IMG/VR virus record: IMGVR_UViG_3300033273_000525
Span: 1 to 45,423 of that record
Length of the DNA stretch: 45,423 bases
Source of the DNA: a virus
Direction: 5' to 3' (one strand)
A program made the position numbers and the translations under genes. Numbering within the stretch: the first letter of the stretch is position 1; every line of letters starts with the position of its first letter. Shown piece by piece: positions 39,166 to 45,423 of the stretch. The notes under the pieces were generated by a model that saw only the letters and a program-made list of their open reading frames with translations, was not told where the DNA came from and ran no database searches.

Positions 39166-40587
39166 CTATTCTACAGGGTTCTGATTAACTACAACAGGCG
39201 GTGCTGGTACGGGTTCCGGTTCTTCGATTTTTGCTGCTTCCTCTTGAACGTTGGTGTTGTCTGGGAGGATTTCACCGCGACGAAGGATTTCGAGCAACAT
39301 TTCGTCGCTGATTTTGCCGTTGCTATTAAGGTCAGACAGCACTGAAATGTCTTGACCGATGAGGCGGTAGTAGTCGAAGTCGCGGTCAATGCGGATTTCG
39401 GGTGGTTCGATGCCGACGTACTTAGCAGCCAAGCTGTAAGCCTGATTCAGTGCGCTTTCCAGCTCTTGGCTAATGATTGACAACACTGAGTTGCTTTGTG
39501 CTTGGTCAATGCGCTTTGCCTCGGCTGACTCTGCTACAAACTTTTGCCCGAAAAGCTTGGTGACACCCAAGGTGGACATTTGTAGCTCAAGTGATTGCAG
39601 CTCGGCCATTTGTGCGTCGAAGCTGGTGGCGTCGGCTTGCACGTAATACGCCTTGTTGCCAGGCGTCATCGCAATGGCGTAATTAACGCCCATCGTTGCT
39701 GCGCCAAGGGAGTCGTCCCAGCCCTCTAGTACAAGAGTGGGCATTGCGGCGATATGGAGGGCGTGGATTAGGTCGGCTTGGCGTTGGTAGTGCGTGATGT
39801 TGAGGTTGGCAATGTCGAGCAGGGGTGGTTGAGAGCGCAACATGCCCCGGCGGTTGCTGTAAATGGGCACCACTGGAATTTCGTCCAGGCTGAAGCCCCC
39901 GGTTTGGGAAAATTCGACGATGTCTTCGCCCAGCGTGTACAAGTCATAGCGACCGGGGTAAATGACCCGCATTTGCTCGACTTGCTCTTCACCAAAATCG
40001 TTTAGGGGGCGAGTGGCGTACTCGTGGATGCGGATTTGGGTGAGGGGGCTGCCGGGCATCGTGTAATCAGCTTGCCGCCATCCCCAAATTTGTGCTGCGT
40101 CAACATGCACGAAATAGGGGCGACGGCCCATTGCACGCTCTTCAGCCAGATTGCGTGCGCCGGTTGCGGAGGGGTAGTCGACAAGAATTGCGCTGTGGCC
40201 ATAGGTAAGGCTGCTAACCAGGGCACGACGCGCATACTCGTTGATGTTGGAGCCGAGGCCGTCGATGTTTTCGCTTAGTTCGAGCCAGTAGTTGTCGCCT
40301 TCGATGTGGATTGGTTTGCGCAGGATTGCTCCTGCGGCAGTTTCGATTAGGCGGCTGGTGTAGGGGGAGAGAACGCTGCGGTCAATGCGGGTTTGGTAGG
40401 CGTCGTCGTCTTCTCTTGGTTCTTGCGGTAAAAATTGTTCGCTTAGATCGCGGATGTAGTTGGTGCCTCGGGTGACGGCAGCCATTATCTGCCAGTCTTC
40501 CATCATTGCGATGACTTCTAAGTCACGCACGAAAGGCGACTCGCTGACCGAAGCGCCTGTGGGAGGGATGTTTGCGCTGTAAACCAC
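39166..40587 (-). CDS. Portal protein
   Basis: 473 aa with a GTG start. Size and position (between terL and the scaffold) support the call. The C-terminal tail is acidic. Confidence 0.88.
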   Translation of the reverse strand: MVYSANIPPTGASVSESPFVRDLEVIAMMEDWQIMAAVTRGTNYIRDLSEQFLPQEPREDDDAYQTRIDRSVLSPYTSRLIETAAGAILRKPIHIEGDNYWLELSENIDGLGSNINEYARRALVSSLTYGHSAILVDYPSATGARNLAEERAMGRRPYFVHVDAAQIWGWRQADYTMPGSPLTQIRIHEYATRPLNDFGEEQVEQMRVIYPGRYDLYTLGEDIVEFSQTGGFSLDEIPVVPIYSNRRGMLRSQPPLLDIANLNITHYQRQADLIHALHIAAMPTLVLEGWDDSLGAATMGVNYAIAMTPGNKAYYVQADATSFDAQMAELQSLELQMSTLGVTKLFGQKFVAESAEAKRIDQAQSNSVLSIISQELESALNQAYSLAAKYVGIEPPEIRIDRDFDYYRLIGQDISVLSDLNSNGKISDEMLLEILRRGEILPDNTNVQEEAAKIEEPEPVPAPPVVVNQNPVE

Positions 40588-40624
40588 GGTCAGTTGCCTA
40601 CTTTATTGTTATTTTGACAGATGC

Positions 40625-40879
40625 TCACCACTTAACACGATTGGCCCAATAGGCGGCAGACATCTTGCCTTTGGCGATGTTTTTTGCGTGACGTGCTTTA
40701 AATGACTTGTTGCGAGCCGTACCAGACGGGCTTCCTTTGACGCCTTGCTGGCCGAAGCGGATAAGTTTTACTTTGTCGCCTTCTTTTGCAAGGACGGCGT
40801 GTGATTTTTTGGGGTGATTAGGGGTGCGTTTTGGCTTGTTGTAGCCAGAAAAGGTTTCGCGGCCGCGCTTAATCGTCAT
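40625..40879 (-). CDS. Small basic conserved phage protein (84 aa)
   Basis: Starts at MTIKRG (internal ATG of the track ORF). Motifs KRTPNHPKKSHAV, KLIRFGQQG and MSAAYWANRVKW. Lys/Arg-rich. Confidence 0.7.
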   Translation of the reverse strand: MTIKRGRETFSGYNKPKRTPNHPKKSHAVLAKEGDKVKLIRFGQQGVKGSPSGTARNKSFKARHAKNIAKGKMSAAYWANRVKW

Positions 40880-41048
40880 CGTCGCCGACCTCAATCATGA
40901 CTTCTATACCTGAACCTAGCCGAACCATCAGACCGGCAAAGTCGACTGGGTCTTGGGGCGTCATGAAGGCGAAGGTGGCTTCGGTCATGCGCGATTCGGC
41001 GTCTACCTCCATGTGGGTGCAGAAGCCGGGAACGATACGAGTGCCCAT
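40869..41048 (-). CDS. Small acidic protein (59 aa, below track cutoff)
   Basis: TAATG overlap with the upstream stop and an 11-nt overlap with the downstream start. MGTRIVPGFCTHMEVDAESRMTEATFAFMTPQDPVDFAGLMVRLGSGIEVMIEVGDDDD. Confidence 0.5.
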   Translation of the reverse strand: MGTRIVPGFCTHMEVDAESRMTEATFAFMTPQDPVDFAGLMVRLGSGIEVMIEVGDDDD

Positions 41049-41392
41049 TAACCGTGATAAGAGGTGCCGATGTGAGCCAAAACGCTTGGCGTTCCAGAGC
41101 TGATGGAGCTAATCCTCATGCGGATGCGGTTGACGGGTTTGCCTGTGTAGAAGTAGATGTATTCGCCGTCGGCGTTGATTGTTTTGCTGGTGTCGAGTTC
41201 GTACCAGGTGCCGTTTCCGGCGTTGAATTTGGTTTCGAAGGAAAGAGCGAAGTTAGCGCCGCCGGTTACATCGGCAGCAAAGCAAAATTCACTGCAGTCG
41301 GCATGAACCTCTAAAGAGTCACCTACTTGGGTAAGAGGGACATCTTCGTGGTATTCGACGAGGTTTGTACCTCGGTCAATAGTGATTGCCAT
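41048..41392 (-). CDS. Hypothetical protein (114 aa), beta-rich
   Basis: Clean ATG ORF. Its stop/start codons share bases with both neighbours. Confidence 0.7.
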   Translation of the reverse strand: MAITIDRGTNLVEYHEDVPLTQVGDSLEVHADCSEFCFAADVTGGANFALSFETKFNAGNGTWYELDTSKTINADGEYIYFYTGKPVNRIRMRISSISSGTPSVLAHIGTSYHG

Positions 41393-41640
41393 TACTTCTT
41401 ACCTTTGGGCTTGCGCTTTTTGGCGGTTTTTGCGGCGGCTTTGAAGTTGGCGGCGGTTGGTGCGCCTTTCGTTCCAGGCTTGCGCATCTTTTCGCCAGAT
41501 CCTGCAGCAATGCGTTTCCGCTTTGCTTGAATGTTTGCGTAGAGGCCGCGTTTTTTGGGCATGGATCTGGCGACGCTTAGCCCTATCTTACTTATTCTTT
41601 TTGCCCTTTCCTTTGGGCTTTTTCTTACCGCCGTGGCCAT
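41392..41640 (-). CDS. Small lysine-rich protein (82 aa, or 56 aa from ATG 41562)
   Basis: Core MPKKRGLYANIQAKRKRIAAGSGEKMRKPGTKGAPTAANFKAAAKTAKKRKPKGKK. The start is ambiguous. Confidence 0.6.
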   Translation of the reverse strand: MATAVRKSPKERAKRISKIGLSVARSMPKKRGLYANIQAKRKRIAAGSGEKMRKPGTKGAPTAANFKAAAKTAKKRKPKGKK

Positions 41641-41653
41641 AGTGTCCGGGCAT
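41588..41653 (-). CDS. Possible 21-aa lysine-rich peptide
   Basis: MPGHYGHGGKKKPKGKGKKNK, with AAGGGGA 8 nt upstream of the ATG. Competes with the long version of 41392..41640. Confidence 0.2.
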   Translation of the reverse strand: MPGHYGHGGKKKPKGKGKKNK

Positions 41654-41695
41654 TAGAAGTCCCCTTATTGAGAAAGGTTTGCAATAAGCCTAGCG

Positions 41696-41806
41696 CTATT
41701 TCGATTTTTTCTTTTTGCCGCCTTTGAGGGAGCGCAGATAGCCTTCACAACGGGCTTTTGCGGCGTTTTTGCTGCTGGATTTGGGCTTTTTCTTCTTTTC
41801 AGCCAT
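41696..41806 (-). CDS. Possible 36-aa lysine-rich peptide
   Basis: ATG 14 nt after the terL stop. MAEKKKKPKSSSKNAAKARCEGYLRSLKGGKKKKSK. The longer track ORF overlaps terL and is unlikely. Confidence 0.35.
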   Translation of the reverse strand: MAEKKKKPKSSSKNAAKARCEGYLRSLKGGKKKKSK

Positions 41807-41819
41807 GGGAAGTAGGCAC

Positions 41820-43070
41820 CTACCACACACGATAGTTAGTGGATCCCATGGTTTCGGGTTTAGCCAAGTTGAATACTTGTAGGCATAGATAGCCCAAAGC
41901 GTCGAAGGCATGGTCAACACCGAGGTTTTTGTTGGGTAGTCCCGTTCCAGGGGCGTAGGTGAGGGTGCGGAGGGCTTTGATTAGTTCTTTGCAGCGGGGG
42001 TGGATGAACATGCGGCGCGTTCCAGTTGCATCCAATAGGGCGGTGTTGACGCAGGTGATTTTGTCGCGGATTTTCCAGGGGGCGCGGGGGGTGGAGACGG
42101 TGAAGCCGGATTTGCGGAGGATGCTGTGGTCGGTGGTGCCGACGCCTTGGGTTTTGCGGGCTCCGCCGGTGGGGTCTGGGCAGCTGATGATGCGACGATC
42201 CACGCCGTAGCGGTTTTGGACCTCTTCGCAGAAGTCCCAGGTGGTTGCGCCGCCGGTCATGATGATTTCGTCGAAAATCCAGAGCACGTCGCCTTTTTTG
42301 ACGGCGCAGATGCCGGTCATTGGGTCGACGTTGAAGTCCACTCCGAGCAGTAGGGGTAAGACGGGGAGGTCTTTGACGTCTTTGCTGATGTTGTCGTCGG
42401 CGAAACTGATGGCGACGAGGCCGCTTAGGTTCTCGAAGGACGCTTCGAATTCCTGGCGGAACGTGCGCGAATCAAGCTGAGCGCGGGCTGCGGCGACTTC
42501 CTCGGGTGGGACGTTGCCGCCTTGGATGGTTGTGTAGCACCAGCGCTGCCAGTCGCCGGTTTTGTCTTCTGGGACATAACACCACATGTCGTAGAACCAG
42601 CTGGCCGTTCCATCCGGTGTGCTGATGAAGAGGGCCCAGCCTTGTTTGTCGGCGAGGGCGGGACGGATGACTTCGAACCAGACAGAGGATTCCATGAAAG
42701 CCGCCTCGTCAAGTACTACACCAGAGAGGCTGCGGCCGCGAAGGGCCATGGCGTTTTCGGTGCCTTTGAGTTCGATGGTGGATTCGTTGATGAGTTCGAG
42801 TTTGAGGTCGGTTTCGTTTTTGCTGCGGACGTATTGCGGTGGGATTATCTTTTTGAGGACCTTCCAGGCGATGTCTTTCGCCATGCGGTAGGTGGGGGCG
42901 CAGTAAAAGAAGGTTTCGCCGGGACGTTCCAGGGCTTTGGTGAATAGTTCTATGCAGGCGAGGTAGGACTTGCCGAAGCGGCGGCCTGCGACGAGGACGC
43001 GGAAGCGTTTTTTGCTGTAGAAGACTTCGGATTGGGCTTTTTTGAGGCTGATGTCAATCGTTGTGCTCAT
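41820..43070 (-). CDS. terL: Terminase large subunit
   Basis: Walker A VAGRRFGKSY, Walker B VVLDEAAF, and C-terminal nuclease-type acidic motifs (LLGVDFNVDP). Confidence 0.92.
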   Translation of the reverse strand: MSTTIDISLKKAQSEVFYSKKRFRVLVAGRRFGKSYLACIELFTKALERPGETFFYCAPTYRMAKDIAWKVLKKIIPPQYVRSKNETDLKLELINESTIELKGTENAMALRGRSLSGVVLDEAAFMESSVWFEVIRPALADKQGWALFISTPDGTASWFYDMWCYVPEDKTGDWQRWCYTTIQGGNVPPEEVAAARAQLDSRTFRQEFEASFENLSGLVAISFADDNISKDVKDLPVLPLLLGVDFNVDPMTGICAVKKGDVLWIFDEIIMTGGATTWDFCEEVQNRYGVDRRIISCPDPTGGARKTQGVGTTDHSILRKSGFTVSTPRAPWKIRDKITCVNTALLDATGTRRMFIHPRCKELIKALRTLTYAPGTGLPNKNLGVDHAFDALGYLCLQVFNLAKPETMGSTNYRVW

Positions 43071-43596
43071 TTTCTACGTCGATTACTTCGGCTTGGGGTA
43101 GTTGGGCGGCGTCCGATCCGGTCAATTCGTTGGGTGGTTCGACGGTGACGCGGATTTCGGGCAGGGAGCTGGTTTGTTCGGGCATGTCGCAGCCGACTTG
43201 ACGTGCCAGGGAGTCGAGGACGTTGGCGGCGGTTTGCATTTGGCCGCGTTTCATGGCGGCGTTGAAGAGGCGTTGGCGTTGCATGAAGATGCGGCCGGCC
43301 ATTTTGGTGCGTTCGCGCTCGAAATCTTCGGCGACGAGGTCGTAGACGCCTTTCCAGTCGCGCCAGGCAGTGGCGATGCCGATTTGTTCTTTGGCGGCGT
43401 GTTCTAGTACGAGTTGGCGGACGGGTAAGCCTTCGAGTTGGCGCTTGTAGAGGCGCTGGATGCGGGCTTGTTGGGCCTCTTTTGTGCTTTTTGGGCCGAA
43501 TGGTCGTTGTCTTTTTATTTCATCCTGCTTCTTTGCTTCGTCTTCGAAGCCGCTGTCGTATTTATTAGCGGTGTTTTCCGCCATAGTTTTCTGCAT
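43054..43596 (-). CDS. terS: Terminase small subunit candidate
   Basis: 180 aa, overlapping the terL start by 17 nt. First gene of the late block. HTH-like segment GLPVRQLVLEHAAKEQIGIATAWRDW. Confidence 0.6.
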   Translation of the reverse strand: MQKTMAENTANKYDSGFEDEAKKQDEIKRQRPFGPKSTKEAQQARIQRLYKRQLEGLPVRQLVLEHAAKEQIGIATAWRDWKGVYDLVAEDFERERTKMAGRIFMQRQRLFNAAMKRGQMQTAANVLDSLARQVGCDMPEQTSSLPEIRVTVEPPNELTGSDAAQLPQAEVIDVENEHND

Positions 43597-43645
43597 TCCG
43601 TTTTTACTTTATCCGCTCGGTTAAAACTAGCGTATTTGTATTATT

Positions 43646-43704
43646 TTGACCGGCGGTTCACGTACCAGCCAGAATTTGACCCCTGCCCCCTAGTACTGTA
43701 TGAT
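43646..43704 (+). promoter_or_regulatory. Tandem sigma-70-type promoters for the rightward block
   Basis: P1 is TTGACC (43646) -18 nt- CAGAAT. P2 is TTGACC (43676) -17 nt- TATGAT (43699..43704). The P2 spacer carries a GACCCCTGCCCCCTAG element that recurs at 43781. Confidence 0.5.
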
Positions 43705-44006
43705 ATGGGGGTAGTACATTAGTGATTTTTGATGATGTTTCAGTAGGTTCCCAGGGCAGCGATAAGCTGCGCTGATGTCCGAACCCTGCCCCATAGGTTG
43801 TGCTTATAGTGTAGCAACCGATACAGAACCGGTTGCCCTGATGGACTACACTGACAGAGTCAGAGGGACACACAAACCCTTTGACGCCACAACCGAGCGG
43901 ACCGTCCAAGCGGACCACAGACCCGGACTCAGGCGACAGCCTCCGGCGTGGTAGCGCAAGCCCAACGATGCCCGGTTGTGTCCACCGCACCTTGACAACT
44001 GAACTA

Positions 44007-44306
44007 ATGAAAGAGCAAACGCTCCGGACCATCACGGTCCCCAACGCTCGCCTGTCCATGCAGTGCTACGCATGGCAAGACAGCCTATCGCTGTCTGTCA
44101 CGGATAGCACAACACGGGACGAGGTGCGCATTGAGGGGATTGAATCACCGCAGGCTTTTCAGGCAATCGCCGGTCTAGTCTCAGGGCTCAAGTATCACGA
44201 CGAGAAGAGCCGCGCCAGGGATGAGCAACTGCTCAACGACCTGGAAGCGACCATCAAGCGTGTCCGTGACTCGTGGTCCAAAGCATCCGAAACCACCGCT
44301 TCCTAA
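44007..44306 (+). CDS. Hypothetical protein (99 aa)
   Basis: Internal ATG at 44007 of track ORF 43881..44306. The upstream 42 codons are Pro/Ser/Arg/Gly-rich and look non-coding. Confidence 0.55.
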   Translation: MKEQTLRTITVPNARLSMQCYAWQDSLSLSVTDSTTRDEVRIEGIESPQAFQAIAGLVSGLKYHDEKSRARDEQLLNDLEATIKRVRDSWSKASETTAS

Positions 44307-44309
44307 CTA

Positions 44310-44489
44310 ATGCGACACGTCATCACGCAATGGCAAGGCATCAAGGCTGGCTGGGTTCCCGTAAGGGGAGCCGGTCGGCCCCTGGCCAAGCACGAAGCAG
44401 AGCGACTCGCGGCAATTATGCGGCGAGTCGATCCGCTCCACTGCTACAAAGCCCAGGGCCTCGCGCCTGAGTTGCCTAGTTTCCTGTAA
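44310..44489 (+). CDS. Small hypothetical protein (59 aa, below track cutoff)
   Basis: ATG 4 nt after the upstream stop. MRHVITQWQGIKAGWVPVRGAGRPLAKHEAERLAAIMRRVDPLHCYKAQGLAPELPSFL. More protein-like than the two overlapping track ORFs. Confidence 0.45.
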   Translation: MRHVITQWQGIKAGWVPVRGAGRPLAKHEAERLAAIMRRVDPLHCYKAQGLAPELPSFL

Positions 44490-44539
44490 AAACCAAACCC
44501 AGGACTTCACATCTTGGGTAAAACTTTCTACCTAAAACC

Positions 44540-44776
44540 ATGGTTAATGAAACTTTCAACGGCTGGTCCAATTACGAGACCTGGAACGTCGCTCTCTGGC
44601 TTCAAAATGACTTCGGGCTCTATTCCATCGCGTCACAATGCACTGACTATAGGCACTTTGTCTCGTTCAGTGTTGAGGATTGCAAGGTTAAAAGCACTCC
44701 CGATGGCGTCTACTTTGACGATCCACGGTTGAACTTTGAAGAACTCGACAGAATCATTCAGGAGTTAGCAGAATGA
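44540..44776 (+). CDS. Hypothetical protein (78 aa), NGWSNYETWNVALWL family
   Basis: ATG ORF with a Trp-rich N-terminal motif. Its stop overlaps the next ATG (ATGA). Confidence 0.65.
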   Translation: MVNETFNGWSNYETWNVALWLQNDFGLYSIASQCTDYRHFVSFSVEDCKVKSTPDGVYFDDPRLNFEELDRIIQELAE

Positions 44777-45042
44777 CATTCGAGACTGAAGACTACATGC
44801 TCCCAGCTCACTGGGCTAGCTACTTGATCAACGGGGACGCCGCATTATTCTCACTGAATGATGGTGGCGGCGATGCAGAACTAGCAGTGATTGACCAGAT
44901 CATTGAGAACATCGACGCGGGAGGTCCTGTCTCCTGCTCCGACGATCCAGTGTTCATGAAATATCACGATGCCAGACCTTACGGTGTCTTGGCTGCTGAC
45001 TGCTTGATGTTTACTTTCCTTCGTAAAAAGGCTACATTATGA
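44773..45042 (+). CDS. Hypothetical acidic protein (89 aa)
   Basis: ATGA-coupled at both ends. Confidence 0.65.
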   Translation: MTFETEDYMLPAHWASYLINGDAALFSLNDGGGDAELAVIDQIIENIDAGGPVSCSDDPVFMKYHDARPYGVLAADCLMFTFLRKKATL

Positions 45043-45245
45043 GCTACCTACAATTCACAAATGATCTCGGGGAGCCGTACGGCTCTTTTGAGATTTTCTA
45101 TGCTGTTAGAGTAGTTGCTGAACAAGGCGATATCGGGGCTGGCTGGTACTGGTGGCCCTGCTTTCCCGGCTGTATGCCAGACGGTGATGCAATCGGCCCA
45201 TTCCTGACTGAAGAGGACGCCATTTCTGACGCCCTGCAATCCTGA
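45039..45245 (+). CDS. Hypothetical protein (68 aa)
   Basis: ATGA-coupled start. Motif GWYWWPCFPGCMPDGDAIGPF. Followed by a terminator. Confidence 0.65.
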   Translation: MSYLQFTNDLGEPYGSFEIFYAVRVVAEQGDIGAGWYWWPCFPGCMPDGDAIGPFLTEEDAISDALQS

Positions 45246-45267
45246 GCCCCCTTACGGGGGCCTTTTC
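45246..45267 (+). terminator. Intrinsic terminator between convergent genes
   Basis: GCCCCC-TTAC-GGGGGC followed by CTTTTCC on the + strand, directly after the stop at 45245. It lies 9 nt beyond the stop of the convergent minus-strand ORF. Confidence 0.7.
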
Positions 45268-45275
45268 CTCTCCGG

Positions 45276-45423
45276 TTATTCCCCGTAGTAGAACTGCTCG
45301 CAGAACCACAGCAGAGCGTTGGTGTCGATGTCGTAGCTTGATTCGGTCCACGGTTTGAACCAGTCTTGATATTGAATGACTGGCCGACAGCCTGATTGCC
45401 AAGCAACCGATCCACGATCCAGC
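45276..45423 (-). CDS. 3' end of the same junction-spanning ORF (duplicate view through the terminal repeat)
   Basis: Frame ...NALLWFCEQFYYGE ends at TAA 45276..45278, convergent with the + strand ORF ending at 45245. Confidence 0.5.
   Translation of the reverse strand, partial: LDRGSVAWQSGCRPVIQYQDWFKPWTESSYDIDTNALLWFCEQFYYGE
45283..45423. repeat. Terminal direct repeat, copy 2 (identical to 1..141)
   Basis: Exact 141-nt match to the window start. Confidence 0.95.

Noticed and set aside
41696-41920. Full-length 74-aa track ORF overlapping the terL 3' end
   Set aside because: The first 38 codons are the antisense-independent out-of-frame overlap with terL and look non-protein-like. Only the distal 36-codon Lys-rich part, starting after the terL stop, is retained as a low-confidence ORF.
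43658-44059. Minus-strand 133-aa ORF, and the 42-codon 5' extension of + ORF 43881..44306
   Set aside because: Both have biased Pro/Gly/Ser/Arg composition and sit in a GC-elevated, hairpin-rich promoter/leader region. The minus ORF would start inside the rightward gene and run through the tandem promoters.
1-45423. Lysogeny module, tRNA or tmRNA genes
   Set aside because: No integrase, recombinase or excisionase-like ORF is present, and the small HTH/RHH proteins alone do not make a lysogeny switch. A by-eye scan of the non-coding stretches (2.0-2.9 kb, 3.5-3.7 kb, 43.6-44.0 kb) found no cloverleaf with a T-loop consensus. A tRNAscan/ARAGORN run would settle this.

Overview
The window is a complete, circularly closed genome of a tailed dsDNA phage. 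The first 141 bp are repeated exactly at the end, so the unique length is about 45,282 bp. It has siphovirus-type morphogenesis genes and no integrase or recombinase. Layout: (i) a rightward block of small ORFs (43.6-45.2 kb), then a leftward ORF that spans the window junction. (ii) 0.6-3.5 kb holds two small HTH-like ORFs and a leftward operon with a gp2.5/DUF669-like SSB candidate, a non-coding structured region, two small ORFs and a PD-(D/E)XK nuclease. (iii) A rightward replication and regulation block (3.7-13.3 kb) holds a PrimPol-PriCT-RepA-type helicase fusion, many small ORFs, a family A DNA polymerase, an RHH protein, a sigma-70 factor, an NrdR-like zinc-ribbon protein, a leftward HNH endonuclease and a membrane protein. 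(iv) One long leftward late block (43.6 to 13.3 kb) runs TerS, TerL, a cluster of very basic small proteins, portal, scaffold, major capsid, connector/neck proteins, major tail protein, G/GT chaperone, tape measure, J-like protein, several fibre-like proteins and a lysis cassette ending in a GH19 endolysin. A 59-codon NblA-like ORF, just below the ORF-track cutoff, together with the sigma factor suggests a cyanobacterial host; this is inference. The most unusual observations are: a candidate -1 programmed frameshift (C_CCA_AAA_AAG just before a stop) in the lysis cassette, leading into a start-less 91-codon ORF; about 570 nt of structured non-coding sequence bounded by two terminators that only work on the minus strand; a sigma-70 / truncated-NrdR / RHH regulatory module; a lysine-rich mini-protein cluster between terL and the portal gene; and a roughly 300 nt structured leader behind tandem promoters. 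All functional calls rest on motifs read by eye and on gene order. No database search was run.
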